Shown piece by piece: positions 11,908 to 24,064 of a DNA stretch of 42,100 nt. Location: NCBI GenBank assembly GCA_032718475.1, contig JAUCBJ010006922.1, positions 1-42,100 on the forward strand. Reading direction: 5' to 3'. Made by a program: the position numbers and the translations under genes. Positions within the stretch are counted from its first letter, which is position 1. Each line of letters opens with the position of its first letter. The stretch comes from Nemertoderma westbladi. Its lineage: Eukaryota; Animalia; Xenacoelomorpha. Below the pieces are notes generated by a model. It was not told the origin of the DNA and made no database searches. It was given only the letters and a program-made list of their open reading frames with translations.

Positions 11908-12689
11908 TGCAATAAATTATGATCGAGGATATCTGTAAAGTCTCAAATATCTCATACGAGTTAAAACGCCTTGAAATGTATTATTTTTGTTGATTCTATG
12001 AAAGTTTCTTTATAAATAGAGTAATAAAACAGCCTCAGTCTATTGAAGAAGTCTGTGATAAGAATCCGCAATACTTCTGGACTTCTGCATCACTAATCTA
12101 CAGCAGATGTTACAAGAATAAGTGAGAGTTTACTCCATTAATAATTTAAATTAGATGGCAAAACAAATTTATTAGTAAAGTAAGTTCTGGTGGCCCAAGA
12201 GTATCACACAGAAAAACATATTGAATTAAAAAATTGTTACAATAAATTCATAAAAAATAAAAAATAATATAAAAAAAATAATAAAAAAATGCATAAATAA
12301 ATTAAAATATATAAAAAAAAATTCATAAAAAAAATTCATAAAAAAAAATTCATTAAAAAAAAATTAAAAAAATAAGAAAATATATCATAAAAAATAAATT
12401 ATTTTCAAATTATATCTTTATTTAGTGAATGGAAAGTTATGCTATATTGGTACACACATTCAGTACACGAATTATAAAAATGGTTCTAGAACAAATAATT
12501 TTGTTCTAGAACATTTTAATTCCACATGCTTTACTTCAAATAATTAATACATTTTATGTATCACAATTAAATAATTATCTTTAAACATTAAACATATTAC
12601 AAATTATAACATTGACAAACAGACAGACCTAGACACAAAAAAAAATGCAAAAAAAAATTATTACCAATTTCCCCGTGGCCCATCGATAT

Positions 12690-12965
12690 CAAATTACTTT
12701 GACGCTTTTATCTCAGTCATTCATGGACGGATTTGGTTGAAACTTTGTTGTAAGATCACTTTGGGTGGTGTGCAAGTCATGAAATAAACGGATTTCCGAA
12801 GTTCGATGTCTGCCTGTATGCCTGCATCTTCTTTTGTCCGTTTTTGTCGAATTATTCAGACACCTACTGTAAGTCTCAGTCGTTCACGGACGGATTTGTT
12901 TGAAACTTGGGGTGGGGGAGTGTGGGGGGACTTCCAAAGTTCGATGCAGGTCTGTCTGTACAGTA
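12690..12965. repeat. Degenerate interspersed-repeat fragment with an internal duplication
   Basis: The segment ctcagtc(a/g)ttca(t/c)ggacggatttg(g/t)ttgaaactt...aagttcgatg occurs twice (~12712-12810 and ~12875-12946). Confidence 0.45.
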
Positions 12966-13524
12966 CCTCATCCTCAGGTTGTATGTACCTTATGTACCCT
13001 GCTTGGTTGGGAGACAAAAATTAAGATGTTTCATTAGTGTTGTATATAGACGTAATATAACAATAGTTATAACAATGAGAATAGTCTAATTTTAATTAAA
13101 TTAGCCAAAATAATTCCCAACAATTACATGAGTAAAAAGTTACTCATTATTAAAGTTTAGTATCGCGATCGACGCGATGATGACTTGATCGGTGGGTTGG
13201 ACCTGTCAGTTCCCTGGAAAGCGTAAATACGCCTTTGTAGCTGAACAATTTCACTGTAGCAATGTCCTCTATCCGAGGCGAGAACATAGCACGTTCCAGG
13301 TGGTTCATCAAAGTGATCTTCACATGCATTCTTTATATTTGATAGGCCTACTGTAAGTTTATCAAAGTGAAACGGGACAAATCGCGACTTCCAACAACCG
13401 GGTATTTCCCGTTTCTACCAATGATTTCAGACAAGCGTTGAACAGTCAGCCACGGCTGTACGCTGATGCTCCATTGTTACGGCAGGCGCGTACCCCTCGG
13501 CCTCGAGTATCCAGCTTAACTGCA

Positions 13525-14673
13525 AGGAAACACTTTCTCTCCCTATGGAAATTATGAAGGAATTAAGCCCAGCAGTAGTACTCAGCGAATCGCTGAAGCA
13601 TCTGACCAATGAGTGACGACCTGTTACACCTTACACAGTGGATAGACATACCATTTTTTTTACACCATTTTGGTCCAAAATATGTCGAAATTTTTTTTAT
13701 GGTCTATTATAATGCACCATTGAATGGTGCTTCCAAATCTGAAAACCGCTATTTAATAGATCTTTTAGTTTTCAAGTTATGTAAATTTCCATTTAGGGAA
13801 TCCTATTGAAATTACTATGTACTGTATAATGAAAGGTCGATTATCTCCAAATATTTTTTTCATGAAATTGTCAACTTCAAAACCCTACAATTTCTACAAT
13901 TTTTGAGTAATTAGTCTGAAACTTCCTATGGGTGTCTAGATAGCCACCCTGCATAAAAGTATCAGACAACTTTTCGAAATTTTTTGTTAATAAAATTTAA
14001 TACTATTTATAAAAAACCTAAAAATTAGCATAAATTTGCAGCGCCACCTAGCGGTGCAGAATTATTTTAACAAAATTTCGCATCATAGTTATGTTGCCCC
14101 ATCTTTGATCTATCATATAAAAAAAACTTTCATGTGATTAGGTTCAAAACTGTAAAAGCCTTAGGGTTTTAAGCGCAACCAAGTTTATTTTATTGTTAAC
14201 TAGTATTAACTAATATTAAATAGCGAAAAAAAAAAATTTTCTGACCTGTCCTGTAGAATAGCATCTTAGGCACCTATATGCCAAATTTTAGCCAAAACCA
14301 AACAATTTTGAAACGCTGAGAGTGATAAATCGAAGAGTTGTCCGAAAATAGTGTACCCCCCCCCCCCCCCCCCCCCTTAATACAATGGTGCAACCTACGT
14401 TGCAGGTAATGAATAGCAGTTAATAATACCATAGATCTATCAAAATTATATAACCTAACGATCCCTTGAATCGCATCGGTACAAAATGAAAATTAGCCAA
14501 AAGATGGAATATTAAGACTAACAAATCTAACAAAGAACTACTTCACTTTATTGGTATGTCTATCCACTGTGTAACAGGTCGTCACTCATTGGTCAGATGC
14601 TTCAGCGAATCGCTGAGTACTACTGCTGGGCTTAATTCCTTCATAATTTCCATAGGGAGAGAAAATGTTTCCT
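13525..14673. repeat. Inverted repeat pair of ~125 bp (13525-13653 / 14552-14673) around a ~900-bp spacer
   Basis: aggaaaca..ttctctccctatggaaattatgaagg...gtggatagacatacca versus its near-perfect reverse complement. The left arm has a 7-bp duplication. No TSD seen. Confidence 0.85.
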
Positions 14674-14685
14674 ATTTATAGCTAA

Positions 14686-14955
14686 CTAGCAGGCAATACC
14701 CGAGGCATGTTACCCGGTATTTCCCGCTACCGGCATAGGCCTACTGGCTTACTGGTACCGGTATAGGCCTACTGACCTACCGGTACTTGTTGGTACCGGT
14801 ACCGAACGTGAATTAAACTTTTCGAAAAGTGGCCTATAACGACCGCTGGTTAAAGTTATACACACATGCCAAGTTCCAGCGCAATCCCTCTGCCCGTTTT
14901 GGAGGAGTTCGAACACAGAGAGAGAGAGAGAGAATTTGATTTTTATAGGTATAGA
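14686..14955 (-). mobile_element. Short non-autonomous Helitron-like element (270 bp)
   Basis: The minus strand begins A|TCTATACCTATAAAA, has a (CT)n microsatellite near the 5' end, and ends with an imperfect GC-rich hairpin (ccgggtaacatgcctcggg) then CTAG|T. Confidence 0.6.
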
Positions 14956-15039
14956 TTACAGTTAAGCAGGATACTTTAGAGGTACGTGCGTCTGCGATAA
15001 CAATGAAACACCACGCCAGATCCACCACTTGTCATCCAT

Positions 15040-15391
15040 GTCATGTCACAATATTACGTCGTGCGCAAACTTCCATGTCACGAGCGCAAACTTCATGCCA
15101 TTTCTGTGTAGAAACATTTGCGCGCGTGACATTGAAGTTTGCGCGTGCGCCATTGAAAAACCCATAACGGCCATGTCGCGCGCAAACTTCCAGTTCATTT
15201 CTATGTAGAAAAATTTGCGTGCGCGACATAGAAGTTTGCGCCGTGACATGGGGAAGCCCATAACGGCCATAACACTCGCAAACTTCATGTCATTTCCGTT
15301 TTGAACTTTTGCCTGGGCGGGAAATTTGAGTTTACTTGTCCTACTTTTAGACTGTTCAGCTGTTAGTAATGCAGTAATGTGAACAGGAATA
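15040..15391. repeat. DNA-element end with gcgcaaacttc(c)atg subterminal repeats; inverted partner at 16388-16550
   Basis: catggggaagcccataacggccat...gaacaggaata is the reverse complement of tattcctgttc...atggccgttatgggcttccccatg at 16388-16525. Confidence 0.6.
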
Positions 15392-15412
15392 CAGTTCTGC
15401 AGCTTGAGTATA

Positions 15413-16289
15413 CCCACCTACTGGCTCCAGAAGTCGAGGAAATCCTGCCAAGTACCTAACTGAATTAGACTTTGCTGATGACTCAGGAGTACTCTCAGAA
15501 TCATTAGAGGGAGCCCAACGGCTCCTCAGCTCATTAGAACATGCTGCTTCTAGTGTTGGTCTTTTTATTAACTCAAAAAAGACCAAAATTTTGACAGTTA
15601 ACTTTGAAAGTCCTCAGCAAGTCTCTGATCGGATGAGCATAAGCTCAAAGAATGGTATGCTTGAGCATGTGGACGACTTCTGTTACCTGGGATCATGGAT
15701 CCGGAAGTCAAGTGAGGACCTTCGAATACGTAAGGGAAAGGCATGGGCAGCCTTGAATAGGCTTTCCAGGATTTGGAAGTCACCGAGAATTAATCGGAAA
15801 CTTAAGGTCCGATTATTTAGAGCAGCAGTAGTTCCAGTACTCCTCTACGGGAGTCCATGCTGGGCTCTAACTGCTGAGGACACCAAATCTCTGGATGGCA
15901 CATTCACAAGAATGCTACGCCGGGTTCATTGTGTCAAGTACAATGCACACATCTCCAACCAGACACTATATAACATTGGAGGTGTCTCATTGGTTCCCCC
16001 AAGCTTGACACTAGAACAAAATCGCCTCCGCTTTGCAGGACATTGCTTTCGCCGTGAGGACCAGCCAGTGCATAATCTTGTACTTTGGCAGCCTCATGGA
16101 GTGAATAAGCATGGTGGACAGCCCATGACTTTCTTGAGACGCATCTTAAAGGAAACTGGCCTTGAAGATGCGGATGATCTAGCAAATGTCATGGGTGATA
16201 GGGAGTTGTGGCGGTGCAATTTTGTTGACAAGCCGGCACAGCATTCTCAAAAATGCAACTGCAATGCAGCATGCCGATCCTAGTAGTAG
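15413..16289 (+). mobile_element. 5'-truncated RTE-clade LINE with 9-bp TSD
   Basis: ELDFADD motif and an open C-terminal ORF (15591-16283; FCYLGS, RLRFAGHCFR). (TAG)3 tail. TSD TTGAGTATA at 15404-15412 and 16290-16298. Confidence 0.92.
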
Positions 16290-16387
16290 TTGAGTATATA
16301 GCAGTACCACATTACTACTGTACCTGAGTACAGCAGTACCTACCTAGACTGATACTACTGCAAAGTCAGATTGTCAAACTGCAGGCC

Positions 16388-16550
16388 TATTCCTGTTCAG
16401 GGGTTCACATTACAGTCAAACAGTAGGACACATAAATTCAAATTTCCCACGCAGATAAAATTCGAAATGGAAATGACATGAAATTTGCGCGCGACGACAT
16501 GGCCGTTATGGGCTTCCCCATGTCGCACGCGTAAACTTCCATGTCACGCA
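16388..16550. repeat. Inverted partner of the 15040-15391 element end
   Basis: Reverse complement of ~15220-15391. Confidence 0.6.
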
Positions 16551-17093
16551 CCGTATTTTGCAATAAGAAAATTACAAAGGATAAACAAAGCTTGACCCTG
16601 CAGAAATAATTTTATGTTTATTAGTTGCCGCACATATAATAAATATATTGCGATATAGAATGCATCGTACTAATAATCATAAAATATTTATAAAACCGTA
16701 TGTTCAAGCTAAATTAATTCACCAACAATTTCGGCAAGTCAGAACATAACTAATTTTTGTATATGACAAATTGTACGTGAATTCCTACAGTATGTATCTA
16801 AAGTACTTATCTTTGTGAGAATATCCTATGTAGTTGATGGATGTTATTGATTGTAGAGTGAGGATTACTCTGAAATGAAAAATTATTGATTTTTTATGTG
16901 AATGATATAGTAAACTGTAGAAATACACGATGGAAGTTGTGTTGCATTCTATATACAGGCAACATTAACAAAGTAAAGTACTAACTAGTTGATGATGTCA
17001 TTGATTCTAATTCTCTCCTTTCTGCCACAACAAATTTATTTACAAAATAATATTACTCGTTATAATAAGATAGTACAGAACCCTACACGCATC

Positions 17094-17936
17094 TGGACCG
17101 AACTGGATCGAAACCGACGAACAGGACCGAACTGGATCTAAACCGACGAACAGGACCGAACTGGATCGAAACCGACGAACAGGACCGAACTGGATCGAAA
17201 CCGAGGTGAACAGGACCGAACTGGATCGAAACCGAGGCGAACAGGACCGATCTGGATCGAAACCGAGGCGAACAGGACCGAACTGGATCGAAACCGAGGC
17301 GAACAGGACCGAACTGGATCGAAACCGAGGCGAACAGGACCGAACTGGATCGAAACCGAGGCGAACAGGACCGAACTGGATCGAAACCGAGGCGAACAGG
17401 ACCGAACTGGATCGAAACCGAGGCGAACAGGACCGAACTGGATCGAAACCGAGGCGAACAGGACCGAACTGGATCGAAACCGAGGCGAACAGGACCGAAT
17501 TGGATCAAAACAGAGGCGAACAGGACCGAACTGGATCGTAACCGAGGCGAACAGGACCGAACTGGATCGTAACCGAGGCGAACAGGACCGAACTGGATCG
17601 TAACCGAGGCGAACAGGACCGAACTGGATTGAAACCGAGGCGAACAGGACCGAACTGGATCGAAACCGAGGCGAACAGGACCGAATTGGATCAAAACAGA
17701 GGCGAACAGGACCGAACTGGATCGAAACCGAGGCGAACAGGACCGAACTGGATCGAAACTGACAAACAGGACCGAACTGGATCTAAACCGAGGCAAACAG
17801 GACCGAACTGGATCGAAACCGAGGCGAACAGGACCGAACTGGATCGAAACCGAGGCGAACAGGACCGAACTGGATCGAAACTGACAAACAGGACCGAACT
17901 GGATCTAAACCGAGGCAAACAGGACCGAACTTGATC
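17094..17936. repeat. Minisatellite, 31-bp unit (with 29-bp variants), ~27 copies
   Basis: Unit gaaaccgaggcgaacaggaccgaactggatc, with no unique spacers. Confidence 0.97.
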
Positions 17937-19019
17937 AAACTAGACCGCCAAATGAAAGATAATCTAAAAACAATGCAGACAGAAGAAAATTAATATTGAA
18001 TTTAATTTGGTCTTTTCATACTTTGCAATTTTAGTTGCGTATAAGATGTCGCTAATTTAAGATTTCTCTTAATAAAATCTTAATAAATTAAGATATATTA
18101 AAAGTATAAAACTACCGACGGTACAGTCCAACAGACTCTCCTTTTTGACCAATCTGCAGATTATTTCTGAATTTTTGACGGACTGCCTACGTACCAAATT
18201 TGGATTAATTTTATCAATGATTGATGATGAACCACAATGAATGAAAATTTGGCCGTCATAACAAAAATACGAGAGCCACTTTTTCTCCTAACGGATCCAA
18301 AAGGAACATAATTAACATCTGGTAAATCGAATTCACCGTTATTTTTGACAAAAATCTTGATAGACCTAAGGTACTAAAGTCCGTGAATAAAGTCCGTAAC
18401 TAAACAAGTTGGCTAGCGAGAAGTAAAGCTGCAAGCGGTCATAATATTCAAAGGGATTTTGTAGCGGGAAAAGCCAGTTTCAATCTATCAAACATATAAA
18501 TCATTCCAGTTCCAGCTATCAATTTTAAGCCGTTTGGGTATTTGACACGCTGAGGCGAGGGCGTGATAAATCATTTACACGGGTATTTTATTTACAGAGC
18601 ATATAATATTATTTGCATATAATATATATATAATATATTTATTGACAAAAATATATTGTCCAAAATCGCACAGACTAGAATCAGTAATAATTCAAACTTT
18701 AACCTTTACTAGATACAGATTAGGGTGGTTCAAATTAAATTAATACATTAAATAGTACTAATAATACTAAATAATACTAATACACTAAATAATAATAAAT
18801 CATTACTGTATACTATACTGTAACGGAGAATTTTCTACGTTTTTTTGCCAAGTTATGTTATTCTTAAATTGGTACTTTTTTGTTGCTCAATTCTTTAATA
18901 CTTTAATAATACGGTTTTTGTGGGTCCATCTATTATTGTTGAGTAAGTGATTAACATTGTTTCATATTATTGTATTACATAGGCCTAACAGAGTGACAGT
19001 CCACTCCACTATGCAAATT

Positions 19020-19090
19020 ACAAATATTACTATGAATGTAATAATTATTTATGGCCTATAAATAATTATTACATTCATAGTAATATTTGT
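19020..19090. repeat. Perfect AT-rich palindrome, 33-bp arms with a GGCCT loop
   Basis: acaaatattactatgaatgtaataattatttat-ggcct-ataaataattattacattcatagtaatatttgt. Confidence 0.9.
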
Positions 19091-19577
19091 TATTACATTA
19101 CATTACATTATTTGTAATATTACATGGGAAAAAGTAGCAGAACTTTTTTTTACTATTCCCGAGGTAGAGTAGGCCTATTCTGTTTTTTATTTACCGAGCG
19201 TCACCAAGCACCGAGGTTAATAAAGGGTCGAGAGAATATTGAAAAAAACGTTCAACGTTTTTTCCCCATGTTGGCCTAATATGTAATTTTATTCTTAAAT
19301 TGTAATTTTATTGCTTCATTCTTAATAAATAGATAGAGCGATATAGTGTTACAAAATAAATTGAACTGTGTAGTATTATTCTATATTACTTCCATAGTTA
19401 CTGAGATTCGAAATACTGTACCTTTCAACTCCTGATGTCGTCTTACTCAATGTTAAATATTTTAGTGTTTGTAAAAGCTTTTGCGGACATAACAAGTCAT
19501 TTTTACGCAATGCGCTGAATACTCTAAAAAGGCCTAAAATTGTTCAACTACGCGTCGGTCAGAAATTAGAACCAAGA

Positions 19578-20740
19578 TGTTCGCGCTTTTAGACCTTTAG
19601 CAGTTTAACCTGCCAAATTTAGGTGTCTTCTAAGTATTAAATCGACTTTAGCCTATAACAAGTATTTGATACACATAAAGTTACATTAGCCGAAGCCAGC
19701 CTATGCGCGATCATTCACCCACGGTTAAGGGAGACTGGATTCGGATGCTCTGACCTTATTGCGGTGTAGACCTACTGTACTATTCGATTGATCGTTAATA
19801 TATAATCTCTGACAAATATTATTCACTTTCGGGAAATATTAACAGTTCCTTTAGGACGTGGCGCTCTAAGTATGTAAACAGAGTTATGACTTACACTAAA
19901 CACAACGGGATGGCTAATGATTTTCGTATAAAGCGCATTCTTTAGGAAATGCTTTGTTATCTGTCATACTCATGCACACTACCGCACACTGCTGCACACT
20001 GATCTGCCGACCTTCACTAAATTTGATCATATATAAGGAGAACAGCAACTGACACATGTAGGGTCTATGAAATAGCATTCAATTCACTCCAAAACCACTA
20101 TAATGTAAGTCGCAATTGCTATATGTAACCGGTCTCTCTAACCTTCAGTATATCAAGAAGATTGGGGTTTTAGGATTATTTATCGATATTCTCCAAATAT
20201 AACAACATATCCATCAACTGATAACAATTAATAACCGACAGTAAAAGCAGTAAAATGATGCGGTGAAAGGTTGTGCATAATGCATATGATGTACTGATAA
20301 CAGTTATACGTTTCTATAATCAAAGCCGTTCTAATGTTTGGCTAAAGTCTGAAACACAGAATAATTCCAAAGCCGATGTTCTGGGCTCAGGAAAAAAGGT
20401 AAACAAAGACCATAATGCATTGCGCGATCTTCCGTAGGCTTCTGTACAAGATAAAATGAAAATCGCTCTGATTGGTCGAGTGAGCCGAACAAAGAAAGCC
20501 AAAAAGCTTCACATCGACATATCAGCTGATAGATGTCATCATCTGAACTACACTGTATTAAGAGTATTTTGGCATATTGCGGCATAAAATGGCTAGTTAT
20601 GTCCGCTAAAGTACACATACAGAAAAAATGGCTTTTTATGTCCACTAAAACACCTACACAGTAAGAAAACGGCTTTTTATGTCCGCTAAAACACCTACAG
20701 AGTACTTTGCGGGGAAAATGACTAGTTATATCCGCAAAAG
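19578..20740 (-). repeat. BEL 3' LTR (lacks the first 8 nt of the 5' LTR)
   Basis: 1163-bp match to 30904-32066 with about 11 differences. Confidence 0.9.
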
Positions 20741-20804
20741 ATCCAATATCCGCTATGAAATATAAAAAATCACAGTTTCTAAAATATAAAAATACTCTAA
20801 ACAG

Positions 20805-22357
20805 TTAGTCTTTCTTGCGCGGACGGCGTTTACGCAGTTTTTTGAGGCTAGCAAGAGTCCTTTTCTCTTTGGGGCGAGCCACTTTACTAGGAGGGCTATA
20901 ACTCCTGGGTGAAGGGTGCAATACAATTGCATCGGAAGGTTTAGGATTACGGTCGGTGTATCTGCCGGTCGAGGTACCTGGTTGATCGATATCAACCTCA
21001 GTGGAGCGAGGTCTAACGGCCTTTAGAGCGCGTTTTAGGACAGCAGCTCCTACTGGTCCCTGACGAGTCATCTGAACGATAGCGGTAGGTGGACCGTGAG
21101 TAGTGAGAAATTTCCTCGGTTTGATGATTCTTTCCAACTCGCGTTCTCGGGCTCTATCAAAATCGATATGCTTCTCCTCGAGCTGATTTTCCTCCGCTTG
21201 TTGTTGAAAGCATTCGTCCAAACTCTTGCAGAAAGTAGAGTCGTCCAAGTTCGATATCTTCTTATAGATTCTGGATTTCCTGATCGAACTGAGATAAATC
21301 TAATTCGTTTACCGCTTGGACTTGCTGCTGCAATTTACGTTTCTCTAAACAATTGTAGGTTCCTTTTCCAATCTTTTGACGAATAGTGTCCAACGCGTTT
21401 CGTACAACTCTCTCCTCCACCTCGGTGACGGGTTGTATCGGGGTTAAACCGGGATGATTGTACGGGTTGAACGGCGATATTAGATGCCCGCGTCCCAATC
21501 CGGCTAGGTAATATGGGAGAATATCTAGGGAGCCCACAACCGGAGTGCCACCGACTAACTGTTCGGGTAACACTAGATCTTTGAACAGTGAGTACAGTTC
21601 GGGAGGATCCGTGATACTATTAGGATCAAGAGTCTGAGGTCTAACTAGGGAAAGAGGAGGTCTGACCGAGTATTCCGGAACTCTGATCATAGGTTGATTT
21701 AAGGATCGTTTGAGTCAAGCGAGCGTAGGTGATACATCGAACAAGTTTTGCTCGAAACTCCCGTAAATATAGTGAGTAAAACTGTGTTTAGAGCAACGTC
21801 TCCGCGGATGTTTATGTCTTTCCGTTTGTTGGTTGGGTCTTGGGCATTCATCGCAATAATACCAAAGACGCACGTCTTGTAGGGGAAACGCGGGTGATAT
21901 TTATTCGGTTTTTCCATGTTTCTCTCAAGAATTCCAAATATACGTTGGAGTTACCGCGTTTATCAGGTTCTTTAACGTCTTCTCTTTCGAGTCGATTTCG
22001 AATAGAATTTTCGCATTCGATTTTCAGTTTATCGTTCCGACTCTGCTGGGTAGGATATTTAAATAGGACCATTTCCCTTTCGGTGTCGACATCGTCCGTA
22101 TCGTGTAAATCGATAGGATGAACAGTAGTTAAGAAGTCCATATGCGTACCATTACGATGCGTATAGCGAGCAGTGAATCTTCGATAGTCCAATTCACGAG
22201 TGAGCTGCTCCTGGGACATTGGCGGTTCAATATAACGACCATCGTCCTCCGTAGTAGTTGGACCAGCGTCGCCGCGTATTAAGCTATCAACAAATGCTTG
22301 CAACGGTAGAGTATATCGATCCCTGATACCAAGATCATCTTCTATCAACTCAGTCAT
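20805..22357 (-). pseudogene. Accessory 3' coding region of the BEL element, unknown function, probably one fragmented ORF
   Basis: Four consecutive or overlapping sense-strand ORFs (21848-22357, 21699-21917, 21262-21690, 20805-21248) in a GC-richer block. Hydrophilic, ending in the basic KKLRKRRPRKKD. No recognisable domain. Confidence 0.55.
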
Positions 22358-23179
22358 AGCTGCTATATGAGTTGATCAATATTATGATTAGTTATAATTA
22401 GGCTAGCGGGCGTCGCTGCCTACCCCTCATGGCCCCCGGACAGCGCAAGATCCTCAGCGCTGATGTACTGTCGCCGCTGTGCCTATCGCCCACATAGTAG
22501 CTGCACAACGACAACAACAACCAGCGCGAGTCACTCCACTGTCCGTCCCAAGGGGTTAGATTTACTTCAGGTTCTTACTGCAGAGGTAGTGTTACTTTCA
22601 CAATTGCGACTCGCTACTGTAAACACACTTTAGTAGTAACATTCACCTATAAACGCACAAATTCCACACAACTGTCACAAACCGCACACATTCGGGCCAT
22701 TTGTCCGTTAGTCAAGTGCCTTCCAGAATGCCACGTTATTATTGGGTATCCTTGGATACTAGCAGTGTGCTATTTATTCCTTATGCTATTCAATGGGGCA
22801 AGCTTTATTGTTCTTTTAACTCACTTCTAATTCTAGTGTGGTTGTTGCCATGGTGACATTATGGAAAGCTAGCAGTAGAATTATGATAATTCTCATGCAT
22901 ACAGATCTGGGATGCTATTTAATAGTAATTCTTTAATTGTCAATATTCTTCTTTATACATGATTTTATGAATTTTATCGGCTATTGACTATATATTGGAG
23001 ATTCTCGCACACTAATATACTTAATAGGGTGAATCTCCGCTCCCATGATCTATTAATTAATGGAATTTTGGGAATGTTATAAATTGTATAAAAATGACAA
23101 TTTATCAAATTCATTAAAAGAGATGAATTTAAATTTATTCCCGTAAATTTTATTATTTATCCTTAAAACAGACATAATT

Positions 23180-23535
23180 TTATTCCAGAGCATGTCTGGG
23201 GACTAGGATCCTGAATTCTAGGAAATTTGTCCTTTTAAGAGTATTGGTAAGTGCTACGATATCTTAATCGACTAGAATTTTAAAGGATCTAAATTTTAAC
23301 AGATTTTGATTTATAGATTTTCTAGAGTTAACTTGTAAGTATTTACTCTATTGTATTTGTTTGACAGATTTTATAAATATTAATAGTTAATATTTAAGAT
23401 GGGCACCGGTTTATTCCAGAACTTGTCTGGGGACGTTAACCATTGATTCTAGAATTTTGTCTTTCAAGTATATTGGTGGGTGCCGCGATATCTTAATCGA
23501 CTAGAATTACAGATGGTCAAAGGGTTTAACAGATT
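23180..23535. repeat. Diverged ~125-bp direct duplication inside the BEL internal non-coding region
   Basis: ttattccaga..tgtctggggac...tattggt..gtgc..cgatatcttaatcgactagaatt...tttaacagattt at ~23180-23305 and ~23410-23535. Confidence 0.7.
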
Positions 23536-24064
23536 TATTTTGCGTTTTACACTACTGTTAAAAGGACATCACGCTACTATATGTATTATTTAATATACGG
23601 TATGAGAGCAATATTGCAAGAAGCAATGTCAGTGAGAAGAGGCAATTCGTTTCCAAGGTCTACCCAGAGCTTGGTTTAGCTGAGACACGAGGATCTGAAC
23701 TTTGCATTCCTAATACTCTACTTACCAATCATACTTAAATATAGTAGGAGCTTTATTGTACTTTAATAAGTACGGACATTTCATCTTACTGTAGTCACGC
23801 ATTTGTAATGTAATACGGACAGTAAGGAAAGAGAAAAAGAATTATTTCTCGCCGTTGCACTAAATATATAATATAATATAATTAAGTAAGTAATAAACAC
23901 TAATATATATTGCACTAATCTACTAAATAATCGCTAAAATAACATTCTACTAAATAAAATTAAAGAAAACGATTATAATAAAATTACATAATAATACATA
24001 CATAAATATAAAATAATAAAAACAAATATAAAATAATATAGTCACACACCCACTCCAGACGCTG

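Noticed and set aside
17083-17934. ORFs on both strands, or a CRISPR-like array
   Set aside because: Pure tandem 31/29-bp repeat with no unique spacers and no cas genes. The ORFs are translations of the repeat.
20320-20645. ORFs inside the BEL LTRs (also 31646-31971)
   Set aside because: Short, with no protein-like features; duplicated only because the LTR is duplicated.
20805-22357. env gene call for the BEL 3' ORFs
   Set aside because: No signal peptide, transmembrane helix or Cys-rich ectodomain is visible.
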